Part shown: positions 49,667-60,917 of the stretch, one piece after another
How positions within the stretch are numbered: position 1 is the first letter of the stretch
How the letters are laid out: every line of letters begins with the position of its first letter
Assembly (NCBI RefSeq): GCF_004010195.1
Contig: NC_057718.1
Location: 2,490,996-2,554,995 of the forward strand
DNA length: 64,000 nt
Source: Chiloscyllium plagiosum
Lineage: Eukaryota
Direction: 5' to 3'
Notes under the pieces: model-generated
The model's input: only the letters and a program-made list of their open reading frames with translations
Database searches by the model: none
What the model was told of the DNA's origin: nothing
Translations under genes and position numbers: made by a program

Positions 49667-50877
49667 TGTACAGTATGTGTGTATTAGACAGTGTGTGAGG
49701 GCTGTACCCTGTGTGTTTGTTAGACAGCATGTGAGGGCTGTACCCTGTGTGTTTGTTAGACAGTGTGTGAGAGCTGTACCAAGTGTGTGTGTTAGACAGC
49801 GTGTGAGGGCTGTACCGCGTGTGTGTGTGTGTTAGACAGTGTGTGAGGGCTGTACCATGTGTGGCGTGTGAGGGCTGTACCCTGTGTGTGTGTTAGACAG
49901 CGTGTGAGGGCTGTACCCTGTGTGTTTGTTAGACAGCGTGTGAGGGCTGTACCCTGTGTGTTTGTTAGACAGTGTGTGAGGGCTGTACCATGTGTGTGTG
50001 TCAGACAGCTTGTGAACGCTGTACCATGTGTGTTTGTTAGACAGTGTGTGAGGGCTGTACCGTGTGTGTGTGTTTATTAGACGACGTGTGAGGGCTGTAC
50101 CGCGTGTGTGTTAGACAGTGTGTGTGGGCTGTACCGTGTGTGTGTGTTAGACAGTGTGTGAGGGCTGTACCATGTGTGTGTTTGTTAGACAGTGTGTGAG
50201 GACTGTACCCTACGTGACAGTGAAAGCTGAGGATTGGTTTGCAAATTACAATGCAATAATCTTAGATACCACCAGGGGATGCTGGAATGAGATGGAATAC
50301 CTGCATTGAGATGTGATTGGAACAGGATGAATGTAACGAACTGTGACAGTTGGTGGTGGCTGCTCTATAGCTCCATCTCCCCGCTTCAACCCTCTCACCA
50401 TCGACATCTCCTCCAAAGTTGTAGTGATCTCGCTCACGTTGAAAATGTCCAGGTGAAGGTCAGTGGGTTTATTAAGGTAGCTACCCCAGATTTCCACAAG
50501 TATTTGTGTGAAAACCTCTTCCCTAAAATTGGCCTGAAATGTCCCCACTCCAATTGTGCGATGCTGCTCCCTTATCCTGGATTGAGAGAAATGAGCAACT
50601 TACCTTCAATCCTATATCACCCTTTAACCATTAAAAACACCTCCATTAAACTCACCCCTCCCCTACTCCCCATTGTTAAAAATGCAGGGAGATACCAACC
50701 TGGTCCATGCATTCTCCCACCTACTCCATTCACTGACACTTTTAACCCAGGATCATTCTGATTGATCTAATCCTATCATAGCCCCTCACAATCAGATTTG
50801 CTTCAATAAGTTCAATTCTATCAGTTGATTCTTCTAAAATCTAATGAGTACAGGGCCAGCCTGCTCAACCTTTCATA

Positions 50878-51750
50878 AAGTCATAGAGATGTACAGCATG
50901 GAAATAAACCCATCGGTCCAACCTGTCCATGCTGACCAGATATCCCAACCCAATCTAGTCCCACCTGTCACACCCGGCCCATATCCATTCAAACCCTTCC
51001 TATTCATATCCCCATCCAAATGCCTCTTAAATGTTGCAATTGTACCAGCCTCCATCACTTCCTCTGGCAGCTCATTCCATACACGTACCACCCTCTGTGT
51101 GAAAAAGTTGCCTCGTAGGTCTCTTTTATATCTTTCCCCTCTCACCCTAAACCTATGCCCTCTAGTTCTGGACTCTCTGACCCCAGGGAAAAGACTTTGT
51201 CTATTTACCCTATCCATGCCCCTCATAATTTTGTAAACCTCTATAAGGTCACCCTTCAGCCTCCGACCCTCCAGGGAAAACAGCCCCAGCCTGTTCAGCC
51301 TCTCCCTATAGCTCAAATCCTCCAACCCTGGCAACACCTCCTCATAAACATCCCTCATTACTCAGGATCAATCAAGTGAACCTTCCCTGAACTGCAAGAC
51401 TGTCCCTCCTTAAGGAATGAGACCAAAACTCTGGATAGTATTTCATTTCATCAATCCTGTGTCGTAGCAGAACCTCTCTACTTCTATATTCCATTCCTCT
51501 TGCAAGACAGGCCAATAATCCTGTTGTTTTCCTAATCACAAGGTGTACCTGTGTGTTAACGTCTTGTGATTCATGTTCCAAGACACCCAAATCCTTCTGT
51601 ACATCAGAGTTCTACATACTCTCTCCATTTTAATAGTATTCTGATTTTCCATTCCTTCCACCAAAATGGAAAAGTTTACATTTTCCCACATTATACTACA
51701 TTGCTAAACTTTTCCCCACTCTCTTAGCCCTCTGCAGACCCTTTATATCC
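50878..51750 (-). mobile_element. CR1-like LINE fragments (young 3' end at 50878-51340 plus an older RT piece)
   Basis: LPGLEDLSYRERLNRLGLFSLEGRRLKGDLIEVYKIMRG..FFTQRVVRVWNELP. Confidence 0.88.
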
Positions 51751-52542
51751 TCCTTACGATTCGCTTTCACACCCATCCTCAGCAGTGCCAGTGAATGAGG
51801 CTACAACACAGTTTGAACTGTATCCAAATGCTAAGCCAAGCCTAACGGGAAAGGGTCAGGGAAACTATTTTTCAGAACATTCACTGGGACAGCTGACCTT
51901 AGAGCAAGACCCTCTCCTCATCTGCTGTTTTTACTAACTCTGCTAAAGATTAACTAACATCAGCACCAAAAGGAATCCTACAACAGAATCATAGAAGTGG
52001 CAAGACACAGATGCTGGCCACTCTGCTCATCCTGGGCAGGAAAGTAAGCCGTCCATCCCAGCCACAGCTTCCAGCACGTGGTTTGTGACCCGGCAGGTTG
52101 TGTACTTGAGCAACATATCCAGACATTTGGAAATGAGTCAGCGAATTTTGCTTGCGATGCTCTTTCAGCGATCACTTTCTGACCCCTCCCACCCTCTAGC
52201 TGAAAAATGTTTCCCCATCTCTCCCTCTGATTCCTTGACCGATCACTTTAATAAGCAGTGCTCCACATCTGTCTGTTAAATCCATCTGTCCCATCCATTC
52301 CATCCAGGTCCCTCATAACTTTGTACATCTCAATCAAATCTTGTACTCCTCCTCAGTCTCCCATATTCCATGGTAAATATCCCTGTCTTTTCCTAAAACT
52401 GGCGACACCCTTGTAAATCCTAGTGCTGATGAACTGATTTTTACAGTCTCACACGTCACTGAATTATCTCTGTTTGAGATGTTGGGGCAGTTTATCAAAG
52501 GAAATTATAACTTTTCTAATGAGCTATTTCCTTTTCCCACAG

Positions 52543-52612
52543 GAAGTCAGCTCAATTTTCGGCACAGAATAACGACACAGAGACTAAAGATGACACTCAT
52601 CTCATAAGCATT
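52543..52612 (+). CDS. PAG1/LIME1-like adaptor, coding exon 2
   Basis: Acceptor TTTCCTTTTCCCACAG. Reads (R)KSAQFSAQNNDTETKDDTHLISI, then donor GTAAGT. Phase 2 to 0, compatible with both neighbours. Confidence 0.8.
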
Positions 52613-52937
52613 GTAAGTTTGAGGAACAGGGAATCTGTTCAAATTCAGTGAGGGGATTGGTGGGGAAGGGGTGAAGAATTATTGGGGAGTTTGAGGAAGA
52701 GGTTCCTGTTTTTCCCATGGGAGTGTGATTTCAGTGACAGTGTATGTAGATCCCAGAGAGTATGGAGTAAATCCTGGCACCATCGCACTGAAGACTGACA
52801 GGAAACAGAACACTCACCTGTGTGGGGCCTTTACGGGACAGATGGAGGTGGTGGTGAAGGAGCTGTTCCAATGGGGCAAATAATCGCATCAATGATAACA
52901 AGTGGAAATAATGCAAAATTCTGTCTTCTCTCTCCAG

Positions 52938-52995
52938 AGCCAGTTCGATGATTCCGTATTTCCAAACAGCATCTCCCCAGCAACAATCCAAGAAG
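52938..52995 (+). CDS. PAG1/LIME1-like adaptor, coding exon 3
   Basis: Acceptor CTGTCTTCTCTCTCCAG. Reads SQFDDSVFPNSISPATIQE(G), then donor AAG|GTACAG. Phase 0 to 1, exactly bridging exons 2 and 4. Confidence 0.72.
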
Positions 52996-52998
52996 GTA

Positions 52999-53520
52999 CA
53001 GAGAGAGAATGCAGAGAGTGATACAGAGAGAGAGAGAGTGATACACAGAGAGAGAGTGATACAGACAGAGTAATGCAGAGTGTTACAGAGATAGAGAAAG
53101 TGATACAGAGAGTAATGTAGAGTGATACAGAGGGAGAGTGATGCAGAGTGATACAGAGAAAGAGAAAGTGATACAGAGAGTAATGCAGAATGATACAGAG
53201 AGAAAAAGTGATAGAGTAATGCAGAGTGATACACAGAGAGAAAAAGTGATAGACTAATGCAGAGACTGATACAGAGAGAGAGTGATAGAATAATGCAGAG
53301 AGTGCTAGAGAGAGAGAAAGTGATAGAGAGTAATGTAGTGATACAGAGAGTGATGGAGAGAGGGAGTAATGCAGAGTGATAGAAAGAGATAAAGTGATAA
53401 AGACAGTGATGCAGAGTTTGACACAGAGAGAGAGAGATACAAAGAGTGTGATGCAAAGAGAGACAATGACACAGAGAGAGTGATAGAGAGAGTGTTACAG
53501 AGAGAGAGAGAGTGATAGAT
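52999..53520. repeat. AG-rich degenerate minisatellite (GAGAGTGATACAGAGAGTAATGCA)
   Basis: Direct inspection. It produces the spurious 241-aa minus-strand ORF. Confidence 0.9.
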
Positions 53521-54337
53521 AGGAACCAAAATGATGCAGTTTCTGTGTGTAGTTTGAGTGCTGTGTGTTGACCTGATGTGAGTTCTGGTTTGACAGTAAG
53601 TGATCTGGAATCACCTTGACCTCGTTCTTTGATTTGGATTGTAGGTAATTTCTTGATTGCTGGCTGTGAGACAGACTGGGAACCCTGTGACTGGTGAAAT
53701 CATTGCTGTGACTCTAGGGCGTGTCTCTGCCTATGTGTCTGTATATAAATGCAAGTGTCTAAAGTTTGTGTGTATATCTGTGTGTATTTGTGTCTGTGTG
53801 AATATTTTTGTGTTTGAGTGCATGTGTGACCATGCATGCACATATCTCTATGTGTGTGTGGTTGTCTGTGAGAATGTCTGTGTGTGTATGAGTGCACACA
53901 GAGATGTACGTGTGAAATCAGATGTGTGTGTCTCACTCAGTAATCCTGCAGTGAGGCACGTTTCTGCCAGTTGTTTGCCAGGAAGGCATTTCACTGTCTT
54001 GAAACTGACGTGTTAATCAGCATAAAGAGTGAGATTTCATGTGACTGTGGTTAGCAGAAGTTGCATTGCCGACTGAATCATTGACCAATTGCATTTCAAA
54101 ACTTGGAAGCACTCAACACAAACTTGGCCAACGACAGATCAAGAACTGGCAGCCCTCTGGCCAAAAGTGAAACTGGTTTCAAATTATTTCTGTAATAAAT
54201 GGAGGGAGTTGGCATCCAGTGACCTGAACCAATATCACTAAAAGCAGATCAGCTGATCATTTATCCCATTGCTGATTGTGCGTGCTTGCTGTGTGCAAAT
54301 TGAATCTTCTGGAATCGTGCTGCAAAATGACTTTAAA

Positions 54338-54686
54338 GGGTAGGCAATAGTCTAGTGGTATTATCACTGGATTATTAATCCAGAGACCCATGTAATGTTC
54401 TCGAACCTGGGTCCACACCCAGCTATGACAGATGGTGCAATTTAATTCAACAATAAATCTGGAATTCAGAATCTAATAATGATCATGAAACTATCTTCGA
54501 TTATGATAAAAATCCATCTGGGTCATTAATGTCCTTTAGGAAAGGAAATTTCCATCCTTACCTGGTCTGGCCTCCGTGTCTCCAAACCCCCAGCAATGTG
54601 GGTGACTCTTAACTACCCTCTGGGCAATGAGGGATGGGCAATAAATGCTGGCTTGGCCAGTGATGCCCACATCCCATGAACAAATA
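54338..54686 (+). mobile_element. tRNA-derived SINE (same family as 14200-14550)
   Basis: CTAGTGGTATTATCACTGGATTATTAATCCAGAGAC head and GGGATGGGCAATAAATGCTGG..GATGCCCACATCCCATGAA tail. Confidence 0.78.
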
Positions 54687-54853
54687 AAAAACAGAAATTT
54701 CTGGAGAAACTGAGCAGGTCCCACAGTGGGGGCCTGTGGAGAGAGAAACAGTTAATGTTTCGAATCCTGTGACCTTCTTCAGATTCCTAGTGCGACTACC
54801 TACAGGCTGTGACCAAGTGTTCTCATTTAACAAGATCTCTCAAACTCTCACAG

Positions 54854-55353
54854 GTCACCCCGGGTCACGTAAAGTAAGCTGGCAAAATGATGTGGAAATG
54901 CCTGGCATGCAAGATAATAAAGAATCTCCGTGTCAACACAGCAGAGCATTGCCTGAGATTCCCGCTGCTTTGGACGATAAGGGGAATCCTGATGGGAAAG
55001 GTGACCCTGTCTACCAGACAGCGAGGGAGCTAACCGCTGCAGAGTGCCAGGAGATTTCAGAAGACCCCATCGAACCGTCGTATGCGGCTAGTGACCAGTT
55101 CAGCCTCGAAGCACAGAGGTCAGAGTTCATCATCGAGGATGATGTTGCCAAGGAGGAGGGGAACTTCCAGCAGGAGAAAGTGGCCCCTGTGTATGCACGA
55201 GTCAGCAAAAAGACAAAGACCGCACCATTGCTGTGTCTTCCCAGTCTTTCGGCAGCCCATGGGAATGTGGAACGTGATGAGGAACCGCCACCACTACCCG
55301 AGAAACGATTCGACCTTGATGATGATTTTGTGATCGGTGAAGAATCCGAGCAG
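54854..55353 (+). CDS. PAG1/LIME1-like adaptor, coding exon 4 (SH3-ligand and tyrosine motifs)
   Basis: Acceptor CTCTCACAG and donor CAG|GTTAGA. CQHSRALPEIP (cf. PAG1 CHQSRELPRIP), PVYQTAREL, PSYAAS, PVYARVSKK and EEPPPLPEK. Non-repeat sequence with coding-like CpG content. Confidence 0.85.
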
Positions 55354-55889
55354 GTTAGATGTGGACTGGAACAGATTGTTTTCCCAGTCTGTCTGTGGCT
55401 CTCCTTCACTAACTCAGCCCCTCCCCCTTCCCCGTGATTTTCCTCTCTCTGATTCCCATTCACTCCTTCATGTCTTTATTGACAGAAATCACTTAACCCC
55501 AGATTATAGTCCAACTGGTTTATTTGAAATCACAAGCTTTCAGACTTCACCTGATGCTCCGAAAGCCTGTGATTTCAAATAAACCTGTTGGACTATAACC
55601 TGGGGTCATGTGATTTCTGCCTTTGTCCAACCCAGTCCAACACCAATACTCCCACATCATGCCTTTATTCGAAATCCTTACTTCACTCTCACACTTGCTC
55701 TTCCTGCCAACAGTCACATTCCATCCCATGTAGTTGCAATCAAGAATGCGCTGTCCCTGTTCTGGGAGTGTTTGATGGGGACAGTGTAGAGAAAGCTTTA
55801 CTTTGTGTCTAACCTGGTGTTGTCCCTGTCACTTGAGTGTTTGATGGGGACAGCATAGAGGGAGCTTTGCACTGTATCTAATCCCACAC

Positions 55890-56120
55890 AATTCGTCAAA
55901 TCCATCGAATTCAGCACCGCCTTCCTAACCTGCAATCTTCTTCCTGACCTCTCCACCCCCACCCCAGCCCTCCCCCAAGTCCCTCCTCCCTACCTTTTAT
56001 CTTAGCCTGCTGGACAAACTTTCCTCATTCCTGAAGAAGGGATTATGCCCGAAACGTCGATTCTCCTGTTCCCTGGATGCTGCCTGACCTGCTGCGCTTT
56101 TCCAGCAACACATTTTCAGC
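55890..56120 (+). mobile_element. Penelope-like 3' fragment with hammerhead core (56031-56058), inserted in a satellite
   Basis: CTGAAGA-A-GGGattatgCCC-GAAAC-GTC. 13-bp TSD TCTAATCCCACAC at 55877-55889 and 56121-56133. Confidence 0.8.
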
Positions 56121-56604
56121 TCTAATCCCACACTACCCCTGTGCAGGGAGTCATTAATGGGAACAGTATTGAGGGATATTTACTTTCATTTTAAAGGAGT
56201 AGAGAGAGCTTTGCATTCAATTTAAAAGGGTAGAGGGAGCTTTACTTTCAGCGTGAAAGAGGAGAGGACTCTGGTTAAGAGATGAATATTTCACATCTGC
56301 ACAGCGAGGGCTGCTAGAACCTTAACAGCTCTAGAACTCGAGGCATTGGCCACAACCTTGAATAGTTTGAAACTGTCTTTGACAAAAGATCAGTTCTTAA
56401 TTTGAAGTCTTGGATGGGTAGGTTTTTTGCTAAGTACATGGGTTGGTGAGTGTGATGAAAAGGTGGGTGTTTGGAATCGATCACAGATCAGCCATGATTC
56501 TATTGAATACAGAACAGCATTAAGAAGCTGCATGATTCTGGAATCTAACTGAAGACTCAGTGATGTTTTAACACTGACCCAGATTGTCACTCTTCATTTT
56601 TTAG

Positions 56605-56721
56605 ATACTGGTGGAGGAAACGCCTCAAGAAGATCCCAGGGCAGCTCTGCTTCCTGCTGAGTCGTGTGTCACTGATGGAGATGGTATTGTGGCCACAAGG
56701 AATGGTCTAACTATGGGCTAG
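56605..56721 (+). CDS. PAG1/LIME1-like adaptor, probable last coding exon
   Basis: Acceptor TCTTCATTTTTTAG. Phase 0, reads ILVEETPQEDPRAALLPAESCVTDGDGIVATRNGLTMG* with TAG at 56719-56721. An internal GT donor at ~56683 cannot be excluded. Confidence 0.62.
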   Translation: MLVEETPQEDPRAALLPAESCVTDGDGIVATRNGLTMG

Positions 56722-57419
56722 CAGCACTTGTATCTCTGAGACACTGCTCTGCTTCTAACTGGACATGATCAGGATTGGATGGGATTCACCTAAACAAGCT
56801 ACACTCGAGTGAATAAGCCTAACAGGGAAACCATCAAAAAGAGAAACTGCTGGAGAAACTCACCAGGTCTGGCAGCATCTGTGGAGAGAGAGAAAAACAG
56901 AATTAACATTTTGAGTCCAGTCATTCTTCTTCACAACAATTAGGATCGGAGGGGACTTATGCCTCCTGCTCCCTATATGTCGCACAGCGAACACAGCGTG
57001 GAACTGCAGAGACCCTTTTGTTGCTGGGACTCTAGGTGGGAAAAGTACTGAAGGAGTGAAATTACAATATCATTTGAACAGGAGGGATGGAGCTCTTATA
57101 ACATTTTAGTGCGGGTATGGGAAGCGAGATGTCACTATTTTAATAACAGAATTTTCTGTCTCGTTTTCTCTATGAGATTATAGATTTCTCAAATATTATT
57201 AAACTCAGAGTGCCCATCTATTGATTCAATGTCTTTGATGATCCTTAATTGAATTTGTTCTCAGAATGTGGGCATTGCTGCCCAGGAACACGTTTATTTC
57301 ACTTACATCATTTCACCAAGAAAGTGATGTTGTACAAGAATGTCTTGATTGGTGGATTCAGAAGGCAAGTAAGAGTCACATAACAGTCCTGCCTGGGCAA
57401 GGGCAGCAGCTTCATTTGA

Positions 57420-59180
57420 TTTTATTGGAGGCAGTTTAGAGAAAGTCTATTAGGAAGGACTGTCTTATGAGCAAAGATGAAACCGGCTGGAAATCCATTC
57501 ACTGGTGTTTAGAAGAATGAGAGATGATCTCATTGAACTATATGGAATTATTAAGGGGCTTGACAGGGTAGATATTGAGATGATGTTTGCCCTCATGGGA
57601 AAGCCTAGGACCAGGCGGCATATCCTCAGAATAAAGGGGCACCAATTTCAGACTGAGATGAGGAGGAATTTCTTCTCTCAGAGGGTTGAGAGTGTCTGGA
57701 ACTCCTTACCACAGAGAGCTGTGGGTGCAGAGTCATACAGCACGGAAGCAGACCCTTCCATTCAACTCCTCCATGCCAACAAAATTTCCCAAACTAAACT
57801 AATCCTACTTGCCTGTATTTTTCCCTTTAAACCTTTCCTATTCATGTACCTGTCCAAATGTCTTTAATACATTGTAACTGTACCAGCATTGACCATTTTT
57901 CTCTGGAAGTTCATTCTATGTATGAACCATCCCGGTTCCAACATAACTTCCCTGATCTTGTTTCTAAGCCTCAGCCAATAAAGTATCCCATATGCCTTCT
58001 GATCCATCTTATCTACCTGCACTGCTACCTTTAGTGATCTATGAATGTTGCACACCATGTACCTCTGATCTTCAATATTTGCCAGAGTCCTATTTTCATA
58101 GAGTAATTTCTTGTCTTGTTAACTCTTCCCCCTCCCCAAGTGCACTACCTCATACTTTTCCAGGTTGAGTTCTATTTGCCATTGCTTTGCCCAGTCTCAT
58201 TGATATCCTCCAGTTTACAGCTATCCTCTTTACCATTTACCAATTGACATCTCAGACCTGAACTTGATAATACCTCTTGCATTTAAATCCAAGTCATTAC
58301 TGTATACCATATGCAGGAAAGACCCCCAATGTAAGCCCTGTGGAATCCCTCTGGAAACAGACAACCAATCCCATAAACACCCCTCTACTACTATCATCTG
58401 CTTCCTGTCTCTCAGCCAGTTTTGGATCCAATATGCCACTTTGCCCTTATTGAGCAGACTGCCATGAGGGACCTTGTCAAAACTCTTCCTAAAGTCCATG
58501 TGCACCACATCAAATGCATTACTCTCATTGACACTCCTTGTTAGCCCACCTCAAAAAGTTTGATCAAACTCAGCACCACCTTCCTAACCTGCAATCTTCT
58601 TCCTGACCTCTCCGCTCCCACCCCCACTTCGGCCTATCACCCTCACCTTAACCTCCTTCCACCTATCGCATTTCCAACGCCCCTTCCCAAGTCCCTCCTC
58701 CCTACCTTTTATCTTAGCCTGCTTGGCACACTCTCCTCATTCCTGAAGAAGGGCTCATGCCTGAAACGTCGATTCTCCTGCTCCTTGGATGCTGCCTGAC
58801 CTGCTGCGCTTTTCCAGCAACACATTTTCAGCTCTGATCTCCAGCATCTGCAGTCCTCACTTTCTCCTTCCCTTAATGAATCTATCCTGATATTTCATGA
58901 TTAATCTGTGCTTCTCCAATATATTGTGTCACTCAGAATTCTTTCTAATAACTTCTCCACCACTAAGGTTAGACTGACTGAACTGTAGGTTTCTGTTCTG
59001 TCCCTTCCTCTCTTTTAAATAATGCAACAACATTAGGAGTGCTCTTGTCCTCTGGTACCTCGACAGAAAGGATCAGTTACTGCCAGGACTCCTGATATCC
59101 ACTTCCACGGCTTCCCTCAACAGCCTCAGATACATCTCATATCTCATCCTGGTCTTCAGATTTATCCACTTTTAAGTGTG
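57420..59180. mobile_element. Mixed CR1-like LINE fragments on both strands
   Basis: FRRMRDDLIELYGIIKG..FFSQRVESVWNSLP (plus) and MDFRKSFDKVPH..SRGIPQG (minus). Confidence 0.75.
58570..58868 (+). mobile_element. Penelope-like 3' fragment with hammerhead core (58743-58770)
   Basis: Near-identical to 55912-56120. CTGAAGA-A-GGGCtcatGCCT-GAAAC-GTC. Confidence 0.78.
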
Positions 59181-59762
59181 TTAAATCCACTAGTATCCAA
59201 TAACTCCCATGCTCTGTAGTCTTTGGGGATCCACAGTGCATGTCCTGTTTCCCTGCCATTTTTGATTGCTAGATACTCCATAGGTGGAACAATCAGCAGA
59301 CAAATATATCACCAATGGTGCAAATATACCCCCTTTCTTACATCTGCATGTGAAACTCGAGACTCAGGGGAACAAAATACACTTTACAACCAGCATTGAA
59401 AGCTCCAGTAAGAAACCTACATTTCCTTACCTAGCCAGCTAAAGCTGACACATTAATTTATATGACAAGCTACAATAATAATGTGAGAAACATAGAATTC
59501 AGTGTGGGGATCATTAACATAATTGTAAATGTATAGAACATAGAATATAGAACAATACAGCACAGAACAGGCCTTTCGGCCCACGATGTTGCGCCAACCT
59601 GTGAACTATTCTCAGCTCATCCCCCTACATTATTCCAAAATCATCCATGTGCTTATCTAAGGATTGTTTAAATCTCCCTAATGTGGCCTCTATAGCAAGG
59701 CTGCTCAACAACACTGCCTTAGAAAGGCTAATAAGCTCTTAAGCAGGGGGACCTTTTAAGCT

Positions 59763-60090
59763 GGGGAAGGTGATGGCCTAGTGGTATTGCTGTTGGACTG
59801 TTAACAGAGACCCTGGTAATGTCCCAGGGACCTAGGATCAAATCCGTCCATGGCAGATGATGGAATCTGACTTCAATGAAAGCCTGGAACAAAGAGTTTA
59901 ATAATAACCACAAATCCATTGTTCATTGTTGGGAAAACCCAACACTAATGTCCTTTAGGGAAGGAAACTGCCATCCTTACCTGGTCTGGTCTACATGTGA
60001 CTCCCGACCCACAGCAATGTGGGTGACTCTTAGCTGCCCTCTGAGTAATAAATGCTGGCCTAGCCAGCGATGCCCCCATCCTTAAATAAA
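59763..60090 (+). mobile_element. tRNA-derived SINE (same family as 14200-14550)
   Basis: GATGGCCTAGTGGTATT head and CACTAATGTCCTTTAGGGAAGGAAACTGCCATCCTTACCTGGTCTGG core. Confidence 0.78.
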
Positions 60091-60917
60091 GAAAGAAAAT
60101 CTGCAGTGCATAATGCATTAGATGCAGGTTCAACCATACCTGATTTTCTAAAACACATGTCCAACTGAAACACCTGCTATCAGAAGAACTCATGAAAACC
60201 CTTGTGTATATTTAAGGCTGAGGTAGGTTCTTGATCATTTGGGGAATCAAGGGAAAAGGCAGGCACTGGCCGTGAGGAATGTCAGATCAGCCATGATCTT
60301 ATTGAACGGTGGAGCAGGCTTGACTGGCCAAACGGCCTCCTCCTGTTCCTTTTTTTGTATTGTTTCTCTTTCCTTAAACCACTCATGGACCTTTTGGGTG
60401 AGGACCTTTCCCTCGTGATTCCTTTTACTGAGACCAGTTTGTTATTTCCAGACTTTTTTTAGAAATGAATTCAAATGCTCCAACTTTCCAAGTGTGACCT
60501 GAATGATCTCGCTTTGAATGATCACAGAATTAACATGGAGGAGAAGGAGGCCAGTTGTACCATCATATCTACACTGGGTCATTAAATGGAGCATCATTAC
60601 CTTGTAACAATTTCCAGCCATTACCCCATATCCTTGCACACCATTTCTATCCCAGAGACCATCTAATACCCTCTTGAATGCCTCTGTTAAAACTGCCTCC
60701 ACTATGTTTCCAGGCAGTGGATTCCACACCCTAACCAGTCACTACATGAGAAAGATTTTCCCTATCATCCTTTCTTCTTTTGCAAATCACTTTAAAATCT
60801 GCGCTCTTTGGTTCTTATTCCTTTTACAAGTGGGGACAATGTAGATAGGCTCTTTGTGATGACAAAATCAACCACCATCCATTTACAGGCACATTCTCCC
60901 ACCCAGACCCAGGAGAA

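Larger units (their letters stand above)
49165..50212. repeat. ~34-bp minisatellite (GTGTGAGGGCTGTACCNTGTGTGTTTGTTAGACA)n, interrupted by a SINE and a tRNA pseudogene
   Basis: Direct tandem repetition. Confidence 0.92.

Noticed and set aside
52731-53529. 241-aa hydrophobic minus-strand ORF
   Set aside because: It is the translation of an AG-rich simple repeat.
53645-53696. Possible extra exon of the adaptor (TGTAG|GTAATT...)
   Set aside because: The phase-1 frame hits TGA with no phase-compatible donor before it.
54736-55437. 233-aa single-exon gene
   Set aside because: Its ends are intronic (the 5' part is a Penelope-like repeat). Only 54854-55353 is a bounded exon.
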